A DNA stretch of 64,000 nucleotides from the human T2T-CHM13v2.0 reference genome, Homo sapiens. The position numbers and the translations under genes are program-made. The stretch lies in assembly GCF_009914755.1 (NCBI RefSeq), contig NC_060927.1. The stretch is one strand, 5' to 3'. The notes below the pieces were generated by a model. The model searched no databases. It had not been told where the DNA came from and worked only from the letters and a program-made list of their open reading frames with translations. Of this stretch, positions 34,425 through 50,755 are shown in pieces (position 1 is the stretch's first letter; the number at the start of each line of letters is the position of its first letter).

Positions 34425-34733
34425 ATAGTAGTCCCCCCTTATCTGTTTAAGTAATACATCCCAAGACCCCAGTGGATACCTGAAACCACAGACAGTACTG
34501 AGACCTATATATAAATTTTCCTACAAATATATACCTATGATAAAGTTTAATTTATAAATTTGGCACAGTAAAAGATTAACAATAATAAAGTATAATAACC
34601 ATAACAATATACTATAACAAAAGTTACGTGTGTCTTGTCTCTCTTAAAATTTATATTGTACTTACCTGCTTTGGGACTACAACTGACCACAGGTAAGTGA
34701 AACCGTAGAAAGCAAAACCACAGATTATTGTAC
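34425..34733. mobile_element. MER44/Tigger7-type DNA transposon
   Basis: tagtagtcccccctta start, same terminus as at 25433; ccaagaccccagtggatacctgaaacc motif. Confidence 0.7.
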
Positions 34734-35015
34734 TACCAAAAAAAAAAAAAAAAAGAATGCTGTCGCTTCATAATTCTATACCTAGTTAAAATAAAAGATA
34801 TTTTAAAAGACATTTTAAAACTAAAGGAGAAATAAAAAGTTTTTCAAACAAACAAAATCTAATAGAATTCATTACAAGAGACCTGTATCACAAGAAATGT
34901 TAAGGGAAAATCTTCAGGGAAAAAAATACATGACAGCAGACAAAAACTTAGATCTACACTAAGAAATAACAGGAAATAGTTGAAATTAAAATAAATATTT
35001 AAAACCTTAAAAATA

Positions 35016-35310
<295 letters not shown>

Positions 35311-35428
35311 TTAAAAATATATGTATTTAATTACTCTAAAAACTAACTGACACTCTAAAACAAATACTAGGTCTATTGAGTTTAGTAAAGTCATGAGATA
35401 AAAGGTCACTATAAAAAAATCAATTGTG

Positions 35429-35736
<308 letters not shown>

Positions 35737-36195
35737 CTGTGTTCCTACAGACCAGCACTCAACAATTGGGAATTTTCAAAATACTGTATCATTTACAAAA
35801 CTAACAACAATCACAAAATACTTAGATATAATTCTAACAATTAAGTCCAAGATCTACATGCTGAAATCACAAAATGCTAATGAAAGTGATAGAAAAAGAG
35901 CTAAATAAATGGTATATACACACATACACATACATATATACACCAAGTTCATGAATTGGACAACTTAATATTATAAAGATTTGAAACCCCACAAATTGTT
36001 CTTGTGTGAATGCAATCCCAATCAAAATTCCAGTAGAATTTGATGCAGAAATCGACAAGCTGATCCTGAAATGTATATAGAAAGGTAAATGAATTAGAAT
36101 ACTCATATCAATATTGAGTAAGAAAAATGAAGTTACAGTGCAATTATCTGATTTGAAGACTTAATATAAACCTACAGTAATCAAGACAATGTGGG

Positions 36196-36475
36196 GGCTG
36201 TAAGAGGCACATGCCTGTAATCCCAGCACTTCTGGAGGCTGAGACAAGAGGATCGCTGGAGACCTGCCTGGGCAACATAGCGAGAACCTGTCTCTACAAA
36301 AAATTTTAAAAGTAGCTGGCCATGGTGGCACAGGCATATAATACCAGTTACTCAAGAGGCTGAAGCAGGAGGATTGCTTGAGCCCAAAAGTTTGAAGCTG
36401 TAGTGACCTATGAATGCACCACTGCACTCCAGCCTGGGTAACAGAGTAATACCCTGTCTCAAAAGAACAAACAAA
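36196..36475 (+). mobile_element. Alu (J-type, diverged)
   Basis: Diverged dimeric Alu inside L1 sequence. Confidence 0.85.
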
Positions 36476-38465
36476 TATATAGATCAATGAAACAGAAGAG
36501 GCAGTCCAAAAATAGACATACACATATATAGTCAACTGATCTCCAACAACTGTGCAAAGGCAATTCAATGAAGGAAAGAAATATACTTTTTCAATAAATG
36601 GTGATGTTACAATTGGATATCCATGTGCAAAATAAAAAATGAACCTCAACCTATACATCACATCATTTACAAAAATCAACTCAAAAATGTATGAGATATA
36701 AACATAAAACCTAAAACTATAAAACTACTAGAAGAAAACACAGGAGAAAATCTTTACACCTGGAGTACACAAATAATTCTTAGAGACAACATGAAAAGAA
36801 ACATAAAAGAAAAAAACATAAAAGATTCTTGGAGACAACATAAAATTTTAAAAATTGATAAAGCAGACTTCACTAAGAACTTCTGCTGTTTAAAAGACAT
36901 GGCTAAGAAAATGAAAAACCCAGTCACAGATTAAGAGAAAATATTTGCAAAATACTTATCTGATAGCCAACTGGGTTCACTGTAGAGTTTAAGAAGCCTA
37001 TTCTAAAATTCATATGAAAATTCAAGGGGCCCAGAATTGTCAAAACAAGCTTGAAAAAGAAAAAGTTGGAAGACTCAAATTTCCCAATTTCAAAACATCC
37101 TACAAAGCTTCTGTAATCAAGACAGTGTGACAATGGCACAAGAAGAGAAATATAAATTAATGAAATAGAACTCAGAGTCCAGAAATAAACCCATACATTT
37201 GTATGGGCAACTGATTTTCAACAAGGGTGTCAAGACCATTCAATGGGGGAATGATTCAACATATGGTACTAGGACAACTGGATGAATGCAGACCACTACC
37301 TCACACCATACATAAAAATTAACTCAAAATGAATCATAAACCTAAATGTAAGAGCTAAAACTCTATAGTTATTAGAAGAAAACATAGGGTAAATCATTGT
37401 GACCTTGGCCATGGTTTCTTAGACAGGACATAAAAAGCATAAACAACAAACAAAAAAAGAATTAGAGTTTATCAAAACTAAAAACACCTAGTCTTCAAAA
37501 AAACACGATGAAGAAAGTGAAAAGACAACCAACAGAATAGGGGAAAATAATTGTAAAACATATATCTGTTAAGGGACTTGTATCCATAAGAACTTTTACA
37601 ACGTAATAGTAAAAGGACAAATAACCCATTTTTTAAAATGAGCAAACAGAAAAGAATAGAAAGTCTGGAAATACACTCACATGAATACAATCAAATGATC
37701 TCTCACAAAAAAGCAAAGGCAATATAATGAAGAAAAGATAGTCTTTTCAACAAATGGTACTGCAACAACTGAGATCCACATGCAAAACATTAATCTAGAC
37801 AGAGACCTTATGCCCTTCACCAAAAATTAACTCAAAGGATCATAAAACTAAATGTAAAATATAAAACTCCTAGAAAATAACATAAGAAAAAATCTAATTG
37901 ACCTTGATGTGGCAATGTCTTTTTAGATATGACACCAAAGGCATGGTCCATGAAAGAAATAACTGTTAAGATGGGCTTCACTAAAATTAAAAACTTCTGT
38001 TCTACGGAAGATGTCTACAGAATGGGAAAACAAACCACAGACTGGGGGAAAATATTTGCAAAATACACATCTGATAAAAGACTGTAATGCAAAATATACA
38101 AAGAACTCTTAAAACTCAACAACAAGAAAATAAACAACTCAAAAAATGGGCAAAAGATCCAAACAGTGCCTCACCAAAAAAGATGTAAGATATATAAACA
38201 GCAAATAAGCACATGAAGAGATTCTCAACATCGTATGTCATTAGGAATTGCAAATAAAATTATGATAGCACTACACACCTATTAAAATGGCCATAACCCA
38301 ATTCACCGACAACACTAAGTGCTGACAAAGGTAGGGAGAGAGAGGAACTCTCATTCACTACTGGTGGGAATGCAAAACAGTACAGTTATTTTGGCAGTTT
38401 CTTACAAAGCTATATATACTTTCCCCCATATGATCCAATGATCATTCATGTTCCTTGGTATTTAG

Positions 38466-38717
<252 letters not shown>

Positions 38718-39273
38718 TAGGTGAATGGATAAATATGTAGTACATTCAGACAATGGAATAGTATTCAGCACTAAAAGGAAATGAGCTATCAAGGCATGAA
38801 TAAGACATGAAAGAATCTTAAATGTATGCTATTAAGTGAAAGAAGTTAGCCTGAAAACGCTTCATACTGTTGGAGTCAAACTGCATGACATTTGGAAAAG
38901 GCAAAACTATGGAGATGGTAAAAGGATCAGTGACTGCCAGGGATTGGGGAAGGAGGAAGTTTTAGGGAGAGCACAGAGGATTTTTAGGGCAGTAAAACTA
39001 TTCTGCATAATACTATAATGTTAAGTATATTTATCAAAACCTATAGCATGTACAACACTTAGAGTGAAGCCTAATGTAAACTGTGGACCTTGAGTGATAA
39101 TGATGTGTGAATGTAGGCTCATCAATTATAACAAGTGTATCACTCTGGTAGGGGATGCTGACAGTGGAGGAGGCTGTGCATTATGCAGAAGCAGGCGGAT
39201 ATATGAGAAATCTGTCTCTCTTACTCAATTTTACTGTGAACCTAAAACTGCTCTAAAAAAATAAAACCTATTA

Positions 39274-39688
<415 letters not shown>

Positions 39689-40835
39689 TCATTAAAGAAA
39701 TGCAAATCAAAACCACAATAAGATACTACCTCACACCTACTAGGAAAATGGAAAATGTCAAATGTTGGTAAGGACGTAGAGTGATTGGAACCCTTATATG
39801 CTGGTGGTGGGAATGTAAAATGGCGCAGCCATTGAAGAAAACAGTTTGGCAGTTCCTCCTAAAGTTAAACATAAATTTACCACATGGCCCAGGAATTCCA
39901 CTCTTAGGTATATACCCAAAGGAAGTGACTCAAACAGATACAGCCATACATACTTGTACGTCAATGTTCACTGCAGCATTATTCACAATAGTCAAAGGTG
40001 GAAACAGCCCACATGTCCACCAACTGATGCACAGATAAACAAAATGTAGTATATGCATACAACAGAATTTTACTCATCCATAAATACGAATGGCTGATAC
40101 ATGCTATAACATAGATTAACCTTGAAAATATCATAGTTCAATGAAGCTAGTCACAAGAGGCTACATGTTATATGGTTCAATTTATAAGAAATGTCTACAA
40201 TAGGTAAATCTATAAAGATAAGAAGTAGAATAGTGGTAGCTTAGGACTAGGTTGGGGTGGGTATGGAGGGTGGTATAATAGCTAAAAGGTAAAGAGTTCT
40301 TTTGGAGGTGATGAAAATGTTTTAAAATTTACTGTGGTGATGGGTGCACAAACCTGTAGCTATTACAAAATCAATGTAATATACACTTCAAATGAGTGAA
40401 TTATACAGAATGAGATATCAATAGAGCTGTTAAAATTTAAAATCCAAAATAGACTCAATTACACATATATGAGCCAAGCAGTATCTCAAATAAGCAGGAA
40501 AAAATGTGTACTCTTAAGAATATACTTAGGAATCTATCCCCAAGATATACAAGTAAAATTATGAAAAGACATGCAAAAATTATTCACTACAAGAGACTGG
40601 AAACTATCCAAACATTCATCAATATGGGACAGATTCAGTAAACCATGGTGTATCCACACTACAGGATACTATGACACTTTAAAAATAAAAATGAAGACTA
40701 CCCTAATTCTGCTATGCAATGATTTCCACAGTATACTGTTAAGTGAAAAAAGCAAAGTTGGGAAAAGTATGTATATCAAAAAAAGGGGAATTAAATAGAT
40801 ATAGACAGACATAAATGTTTATAAAAAACAATGAT

Positions 40836-41140
40836 GGCTGGGTGCGGTGGCTCATGCCTGTAATCCCAGAACTTTGGGAAGTCAAGATGGAAGCATCACC
40901 TGAGCCCAGGAGTTTGATACCGGCCTGCACAACATGGCAAGACCCCATCTCTACAAGAAATAAAAAATTAGGCATGGTGTCATGCGCCTGTGGTCCCAGT
41001 TGCTGGGGAGGCTGAGGTGGAAGGATCACCTGAGCCCGGGACGTCAAGTCTGCAGTGAGTCATGATGGTGCCACCGCACTCTAACCTGGGCAACAGAGTG
41101 AGATCCTCTCCCAAAAAACACACAAAAAACACACAAAGAC
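40836..41140 (+). mobile_element. Alu (J-type)
   Basis: Dimeric Alu, TSD acaatgat. Confidence 0.9.
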
Positions 41141-41544
41141 ACAATGATGGAAAATAAAGTTTTAACGGTGAGAACAGGATACAAGGAACAGAGAAAGAAA
41201 CTAGAGTTATTTGAAGATATCTTCTTTTAGCAACAACTATTTTGAAAATGAAATAAAATAAATGAATCTAAATTTACATCAAGTTAGTAGCATAACCACA
41301 CAAAAGACTATTTTCAAGTGACTTGAAACACAGTAATTTGGCTCTATCTTGTCAATGGGACATATCCTACAGACAAAAACAAAACTCTGAAAAATACAGT
41401 TAACAGTCTTTATAAATCTTATTGTTGTTGACAGAAAAAAGATACAGACAGAAGACAGAAGTAAAAACTGTAGTCTTAAATCTGAATTAGAAATATCAGT
41501 ATGAACTCATGACATATTTTTCTTTAAAATTAAAATAAAATCTA

Positions 41545-41866
<322 letters not shown>

Positions 41867-42929
41867 TCTAACTCTGTCCATTGAATAAATCTAGAAACAA
41901 TGACCAAACAAGGAACATGAATACCACTAGCACCACATTGCAGTTTCCAGGCACCTCTTCCCATGAAAAAAAGATCAAGAGCTTCTTGGAGAGGTGGCTC
42001 ATTCCCCAGTTGGAGCAGGAAATACATCTTGTGATACCAGACAGCAAAGAAGCAGTCAAAGATTACTAGGGTCATGTCAAGATAGGACAGTTTGAATATC
42101 AAAAAGGATAGTAACTGCACTGTCTTGAAACACATTAGATATGTTTAAATATATGAGTTCATAATTATATGAAAACAAAAACAAACATTTGAAGGACACT
42201 AAAAAAACCATTGTTTTCACAATTAGTAAGTAAATGGAAAGAATCATAGCAATATACCTACCATTCTATATAAACCATATCACTAGGTAATCAAATAACT
42301 GTAAATGGGGAAAGTTTCTCCTTATAAAACTATTCCAGCCAATAAATGAAGAAATAACAGAATTCAAATATCACCATTTTGCAAACTCTAATGAATTAAC
42401 AGATCTAGACACTGAACGTTAATGGCCTCTAACATCACACACACACAAAAAAGAGACCTAGAGCTTGTGTGCCTTCCATATCTCATGTGTCTCCAGGAAG
42501 GAGATGAAAGGAGAGTATTTCCTATTAAATAGTCTTGCCTCCCTGCCCCACAAAAAAGGACTCAATTTAAGTTTTAGATCTAACTAAATTACCAATTTAC
42601 AGGAAAAACAGATGGAACAGTCAAACATCATTACACGAATGAAACCGGCAAGATCCAGACTGTGGGAAAATCTACACAAATAAAACTCAAGAATTTTTTT
42701 AAATAGAGACTGAGGGGGAAACATTAAAAGAGACTTAATAAATATGTTGACTCTTGCAGGCAGAATAATAACCTCACAAAGGCGTTACATCCTGACTCCC
42801 AGAACCTCTGAATATGGTATCACACTTGGCAAAAGGGACTCTGTGGATATAATTAAGGATCTTCAGAGGGAAAAATTCCTCTGGATTATCCTAGGCCTAA
42901 AGGTATCACTAGGGGCTCCTCCTTCCCCA

Positions 42930-44303
42930 TCTGTTTTGTGGTGAGAACGTGACATCTACGCTCTTAGTAAATTTCAAGTACAATATACATTAACTATAGT
43001 CACCATACTGTGCATTAGGTTTCCAGAACTTACTCATCGTATAACAGAAAGCATGTACCCTTTGACCAATACCTCCCCTTTTCCCACATCCTCCAACCCC
43101 TGGTAATCACCATTCTATATTCTATTCTGTTACTATCTATAAATTTGACTTTTTTTTTTTTTTAAATATTTGACATAAAAGTAAGATCATGCCATATTTG
43201 TCTTTCTGTGTCTGGCTTATTTCACTTAGCATAATGTCTTCCAGGTTCATCCATGTTGTCACAAATGGCAGGATTTCCTTCTTTTTTAAGGCTGAATAAT
43301 ATTCCTTTATGTGTGTGTCATGTGTTGTGTGTGTGGGTGTGTGTGTGTGTGTATGTATATATATATATGTATATATATGTATATATGTATATATATATGT
43401 ATATATGTATATATATATATATACATACACACACACACACACCCCCCACATTTTCTTTATCCATTCATCTGTTTATGGACACAGCAGTTTCCATATCCTG
43501 GCTATTGTGAATAATGGTGCAATGAACAAGGGAATGCAAATATCTCTTTGAGATAGTGATTTATTTTCTTTGGATATATACTCAGAAGTGGAGCACATGG
43601 TAGTTCTATTTTTAACTTTCTGAGGAACCTCCTAACCATTTTCCATGATAGCTGTACCAATTTACATTCCCATCAACAGTGTACAATTTTCTTCTCCACA
43701 TCCTCTCCAATACTTGTTCTCTTTTGATTTTTTGATAGCAGACATCCTAACTGGTATGAGGTGATATTTCATCGTGGTTCTGACTTACATTACCCTGACA
43801 ATTACTGATGTTGGTATCTTCTCAAACATTGAGTTAGATGAGCATCTCATACGTTTTGGATATTAAACCCTTATCAAATATGATTTGCCAGTATTTTCTC
43901 CCATTCAGTAGAATGCCATTTTGTTTTGTTGATTGCTTCCTTTGCTGTCCAGAAAACTTTGTAGTCTGATGTAGTTCCACTGTTTATTTTTGCTTTTGTT
44001 GCCTGTATTTTCATGTCAAATCCAAAAAATCACTGCCAAGACCAAAGTCAAGGATATTTCCCCCTATGTTTTCTTCTAGGAGTTTTACAGTTTTAGGTCT
44101 TGCATTTAAGTCTTTAATCCATTTTGAGGTAATTATTGTGTACGGTGTAAAATAATTTCACCATATTTCATCCAATTTCATTCTTTTGCATGTGGATATC
44201 CAGTATTTCCAATACTGTTTATTGAAGACACTATCCTTTCCCCATTGTGTATTCTTGGTGTCTTTGTCAAAAATTAGTTGACTATATATGTGTGGATTTA
44301 CTT
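42930..44303 (-). mobile_element. L1MA-type 3' fragment
   Basis: Reverse L1 3'UTR and ORF2 C-terminus (peptide EYYSALKKKEILPFVTTWMNLEDIMLSEISQ). Confidence 0.85.
43310..43441. repeat. Compound (TG)n-(TA)n-(CA)n microsatellite
   Basis: Read directly from the sequence. Confidence 0.95.
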
Positions 44304-45291
44304 GAAGGGTCCTTATAAGGGGGAATCCTTTTAAAGACAAGGGTACTTATAAGGAGGAGGCCAAAAGCCACAGTCAGAGGAGATTTGATGACAGAACAGG
44401 TCAGATGAAGAGATGTGACGACGTTATACTGCTGGCTTTGAAGATGGAGAAAGACACCAAGAACCAAGCAAAGCAGGCATCCCCTAGAAGCTGGAAAATT
44501 CTCCCCTGAAGTCTCTAGAAGGAATATAATCCTGCTGACACCTTGATTTTATCCCAATGAAACCCATTTTAGATTTTTGACCTCTAGAACTGTAAAAGAA
44601 TAAATGTATAAGTGTATAAGCTAGTAAGTGTGTCATAATTTGTTAGCAGCAATAGGAAGATAATATATTAATGAATCACAACATGTGGCTGTTATTTGGT
44701 TCCTAATTTTTCTTAAAATAACTTACTAAAAGATTTAGAAATGTGAACCCTGCACATGTGACATCAAGGAATTATTGTTTTATAATTGTGATGAAGTTGA
44801 GGTTACATTAATAATTTTTTTAAAAGAACATATATCTTTGACACAGTAACTAGGAAGTCCTGGGGATGAAACAATATGATATCTGTGATTTGTGACACAG
44901 TGATGGGGCAGGATTGGCCACGGGCTGATAAGCTTTGTGGCTGAATTTATTTTACTGTCTACCTTTACGTATGTTCAATATTCTCCATAGTAAAGTTTCT
45001 GTAATTACAGAAAGCATGATTCCTAATGGTGAGATGTTAGAAAACACCCTTGGTACCCAGAACACAAGGAGGCATACTTTCTTTTATTCATCCTCATCCT
45101 AAGGGTCTTAGCCAATACACCAAAACCAAGCAAAACTGTTGTTAGTCTGTGATATACATATAGAAAACCTTTTAAAAATCCACAAATTGGATAAAAAATG
45201 TTTTTAATTATTATCATAAGCAGGCTAGCCATAAAAATCAATATACCAAATGCCATTTTATTTCTATATGCCAAAAAACATAATTTTTAAA

Positions 45292-45460
45292 GGCATAGTG
45301 GCTCATACCTATAGTTTCAGCTACTCAGAAGACTGAGGCCAGAGGGTCACTTGAGCCCAGGAATTGGAGGATGCAGTGAGCTATGATCGTGCCACTACAC
45401 TCCAGCCTGGGCAACAGAGCAAGATCCTGTCTCCAAAATAAATAAATAATAAAAATACAA
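45292..45460 (+). mobile_element. Alu monomer (FRAM-like)
   Basis: Single Alu arm with A-rich tail. Confidence 0.85.
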
Positions 45461-45503
45461 AAGAACAAATAGCATTTATGATACTCTCTAACACTTTAAA
45501 TTA

Positions 45504-45824
<321 letters not shown>

Positions 45825-46086
45825 TCAGTGAAGTCGGAAGCAATACATGCCTCAGCTGACAATGATGATTGCAGAAGAGGTACTAGTAGGACCAAGGGGA
45901 GAGGAAAAGATGTAGAATAGTTGTTTAAGTGAAAGAGTGAATGAACTAAGAAAATATAGTATGACTGTCAGGCAGCATTAAGGGCCCATATAATGGTCAG
46001 GAATTTAAAATGAAGCCAGTTAAAGAGGTTTTGTGTTTTTCTCCAAACACCTTCAGTTGCCCTAGTGTAGCTATAGGGTAGGCTGA

Positions 46087-46420
<334 letters not shown>

Positions 46421-46497
46421 CAGTATAGCATTTTATCAAATAAGGACCATAAAACAAGAATGAAGAGAGAAAATAGAATTAAGAATGAATGTAAGGA

Positions 46498-47385
46498 CTA
46501 ATATCCAGAATCTACAGGGAACTCAAATCAGCAAGGAAAAAAAACCAAATTATCCCATCAAAAAGTGGGCAAAGGGCATGAATAGGCAATTTCCAAAAGA
46601 AGATATACAACTGGCCAACAAACATATGAAAAAATGTTCACCATCACTAATCATCAGGGAAATGCAAATTAAAACCACAATGAGATACCACCTTACCCCT
46701 GCAAGAATGGCCATAATTAAAGAGTCAAAAAACAATGGATGTTGGTGTCATGTGATGTGATGAAAAAGGAACACTTTAATACTGCTGGTGTCCACTCTGA
46801 AAAACAGTATGGAGATTCCCTAAAGAATCCTAAAAGTAGAACTACCATTCCATCCAGCAATCCCACTACTGGGTATCTATCCAAAGGAAAAGAAGTCATT
46901 ATATAAAAAAGACACAGGGACATGCACGTTTATAGCAGCACAATTCACATTTGCAAAGATATGGAACCAACCTAAGTGCCCATTAACCAATGAGTGAATA
47001 AAGAAAATGTGGTATACATACACCATGGATTACTTCTCAGCCACAAAAAGGAACAAAATAATGTCTTTTACAGCAACTTGGATGAGCTGGAGGCCATTAT
47101 TCTAAGTGAAACTCAGAAAATCAAAGATCGTATGTTCTCACTTATAAGTTAGGAGCTAAGCTATAAGGAATCAAAGGCATAAGAATGATAAAATAAACTT
47201 TGGGGATTCAAGGGGAAGGTTGGAAGAGGGTTGAGGGATAAAAGACTATATATTGGTAGTGTACACTGCTTGGATGACAGGTGCACTAAAATCTCAGAAA
47301 TCACCAACAAAGGACTTATCCACGTAACCAAAAGCCACCTGTACCCACAAAACCACTGAAATTATAATAAATTTTTTTTTAAAAA
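46498..47385 (+). mobile_element. 5'-truncated L1PB-like element
   Basis: ORF2 C-terminal peptide (46485..46760), L1PB-type 3'UTR, 17-bp TSD aagaatg(a/g)atgtaagga at 46481-46497 and 47386-47402. Confidence 0.85.
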
Positions 47386-47540
47386 AAGAATGGATGTAAG
47401 GATATGATTAATGGGTAAGCTTAATGAAACAGATGTCACGTGGGGTGGTAAAACTCTTCAAGTTCAAAGAAATGAGGTTCCGAATTTAGAGTTCCGGAAT
47501 ATCATAATCACCAACAGTAATGCCACTGGTGAAAGGGTCA

Positions 47541-47871
47541 AGCCGGGCACGGTGGTTCACGCCTGTAATCCCAACACTTTGGGAGGCCAAGGCGGGTGGA
47601 TCATCTGAGGTCAGGAGTTTGAGACCAGCCTGGCCAACATGACGAAACCCTGTCTCTACTAAAAATACAAAATAAGCCGGGCATGGTGGTGCGTGCCTGT
47701 AATCCCAGGTACTCAGGAGGCTGAGGCAGAGGAACCACCTGAACCCAGGAGGTGGAGGTTGCAGTGTGCTGAGATCCATTGCACTCCAGCCTGGGCGACA
47801 AGAGCAAAGACCTGAGCAAAGAGCTGAGACCACTGCACTCCAGCCTGGGCGACAAGAGCAAAACTCCACCT

Positions 47872-47915
<44 letters not shown>
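47541..47915 (+). mobile_element. Alu (S-type) with a duplicated 3' segment and ~43-nt A-tail
   Basis: Dimeric Alu; the ...gcactccagcctgggcgacaagagcaaa segment occurs twice. Confidence 0.93.
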
Positions 47916-47917
<2 letters not shown>

Positions 47918-48556
47918 AAGTGTGAATCACCAGCAACCATACACCTGTAGTGGTCTGAATTGGTAGTGGCAGCATTTACAACCATGTAACCATCATTATG
48001 TCTTCATGGGTAGTCAGTATGACATATTTACATGTTGAAATATATTTTACCTCATAAATTATGTGTGATTGTCCTTTATAGTACAGCTAAGACATTATAG
48101 AGGTTTTTAAAATTTATGTGTATCAGATATTATCTATAAATTTTATTTCAGAATTGAAAAGGGAGAAGGGGTAATTAAAAGGGGCACTGACTCTGACAGG
48201 ATTGAGAATCACTGCCCTAGTAAAATTTTTTATGCATATGTAACAAGGTGACAAAAAGGACAATGTTAAGAGTAAAGAATTAAAAACAACCTGGATGTTC
48301 ACCTATATGGCAGGTAAATGGAATAGGCAACATCAATATGTATTAATGGGTAGATAAACCTCATCTCTTTTGGCAAACTAAAAAATGGCATATTTCTTAA
48401 TAGTTTATAGGATATATAATTGAGGTGACACCAATGTTGGGAAGAATCCTCCTCAGAATGCGAAAGGGGCTATGATTTTGAATTCTGAGAAAATACATGA
48501 AATGCTAGCACACAGCCCTGCACTACATAGCGCTACATAGTTATAAATGTTTTCAC

Positions 48557-48700
48557 TTTTTTTTTTTTCTCTCCCCTGAGACAGGGTCTGGCTCTGTTGC
48601 CCAGGCTGGAGTACAGTGGCCCAATCACGGCTCACTGCAGTCTCAATATCCTGGGCTAATTTTTTGGTAGAGATGAGGTCTCACTATCTTGCTCAGGCTG
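48557..48700 (-). mobile_element. Internally deleted Alu fragment
   Basis: Reverse right-arm end joined directly to left-arm sequence. Confidence 0.8.
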
Positions 48701-49149
48701 TGTTTTCTCCATTTTTTAACGTCAACTTACTCTATGGTTGCAGATGAAATGTAAATGTTACTAATCCTCATAATATACAAAAGTAAAAGTAGAGCTGGCA
48801 AATAACAGGATATTGAAGAGGTTTATAAAAGTAGAGAAAAGGAATATGGATATTCTAATCTCCCTAGGCTCAAGCACCTCCTTCACTAATTTACCAGGTC
48901 TATGGCCTAAAGCAATATACTTATGTCTCCTTTTCTACAAAAAAAGGAAAATAATAGTATGCTGGTTTCCTAAGGCCATCTCAAAAATTAAATGAGACAA
49001 TGCAAATAAAGCATTTGAGACAGTGCCTGGTACTCACTAAGGACTCTGTAAATGGTGGTTATCGTACTTAACTGTATTTTATGAGGCAAATTTTATTGCC
49101 ATAATGCCATTTAAAAATTTGAGAACTCCTGAAATTGCAGGACTGTTCT

Positions 49150-50480
49150 TAGTAAAAGTCAAATGTCAGACTACATATATTACATATATGCCTATTTCCA
49201 TATTTTGAATCTTCAATTATGACTTCTCCATTGAACTTGGGACCCCAACTGTCTATCATCTCAACTTGTAACAGTCTTCTCACACCTAACACAGTAAAAA
49301 CTAAACTTTTTACATCCGTCACCCAATTTATTTGTTCTTCTCTCAGTCTTCCCTATTTCAATAAATAGCACAATCTAACCTACTGCTCAATCAAGGCAAT
49401 TATCCATAATTCCTCTCTTTCTTTCAACCCTCAAACCCAATCCACCAGGAGCTCCTGTCGGATCTACCACCAAATCACAGCCCAAATTTTCCACTTCTCA
49501 GCATTGCCATTGCTATCAAACCAGGCCTAGCCACGATTATCTCTCTGCTGCTTCTGTTATTCCTTTATAGTCGACTCTCCACAAAGCAGCCACCCTTTAC
49601 ACACATAAAACCCCCCACTGTATTTATTTTTTTTTAGACAGGAATTTGTTATGTTGCCCAGGCTGGTCTCAAACTCCTGGCCTCAAGTGAGCCTTCTGTC
49701 TCAGCCTCCCAAGTAGCTGGGACTACAGGCATAAGCCACCACGCCCAGTTACCTCCACCATATTTAGAATAAAATCCTATGATGTTATACCTCCACCATA
49801 TTTAGAATAAAATCCTATGATGTTATACCTGCCCAGTTACTGCCACCACATTTAGAATAAAATCCTATGACTTTACAGCTGCTTCCTCAACTTCGTCTTT
49901 CTTAACACCTCACTCATTTAAACTCTAGCCAGGCTGGCTTTATGTTCCTCAACAAAACTAGGGTCTCTGAATTTGCTGTTTCCTCTGCTTCAATCATTCT
50001 TGACTCTTATGTTTCTTCAGTGTCTGCACTCACATGTCACCTTTCTTGACCACCCAAAGTAGAGTCTCATAATCATTTCATACCATGTTGATTTACAAGC
50101 ACATGCTATCTGAAATGATCTAATTTCTATACCTGTCTACCTCTTTCTAATGCAATGGCAGGGATCTCACTTTCCCATCTTCTGTTAAGTCACCTTCTCA
50201 ATGAGGTCTTTAACGACCAACTATTTAAAATTCCAACATATGCATCTTGCCTAGTATTCCCTATTCCCTTCACTGTTTTTTTCTCCAAACCACTTATCAC
50301 CATCTAACACACTATACATTTTATTTATCTTTCCTGCTTATTCCTCTCCTCCTACTAGAATCTAAGTCCACAAAGACAAGGATTTGTCTTTTTTTCACAT
50401 TGTATCTGCAATGCCTAGAAGAGTAAGTTCCTGATAATAATAGGTCATCGATAAATATCCTAATGCAGCTGAATGAATGG
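49150..50480 (+). mobile_element. L2 fragments, with a reverse Alu fragment at ~49620-49748
   Basis: L2 3' end motif (ctactagaatctaagtcc...aatgcctagaa...tgaatgaatgg). Confidence 0.65.
49743..49870. repeat. Complex local triplication of a ~28-38-bp unit
   Basis: acctccaccatatttagaataaaatcctatgatgttat at 49751-49788 and 49789-49826, plus a third diverged core ending at 49870. Confidence 0.9.
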
Positions 50481-50719
50481 GCCTTGTCTTGTTCAAAGCT
50501 GGATGGATCCTTAGCATCTTGAATACCCAGCATACAGGAGGCACTCAAATTTACTAACACAATGACTGTTAAGACACTCAGATTCTGAAGTACTACCAAT
50601 TCAAAGAAAAACTGTATTTTGTTCAGTATAAACTGAAATTGAAGTATGATTCTATTTGTATGTTCAAAAGCTCCTATGACACACTTTTTAAAACAGTTAA
50701 GTATGTTTTATTGTATCTT

Positions 50720-50755
<36 letters not shown>

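Larger units (their letters stand above)
42755..44665 (+). mobile_element. MLT1 (MLT1D-like) MaLR LTR split by a reverse L1MA insertion
   Basis: ggcagaataat...ggcaaaagggact 5' half (~42755-42915) and ...aatttgttagcagcaatagga 3' half (~44305-44665). Confidence 0.75.

Noticed and set aside
49743-49870. Direct repeats resembling a CRISPR array
   Set aside because: The units are adjacent with no unique spacers, there are no cas genes, and the context is a primate intron.
50724-50753. Isolated 30-nt poly(A), and poly(T) at ~31217-31242, as retroposed tails
   Set aside because: There is no element body or convincing TSD; treated as simple mononucleotide runs.
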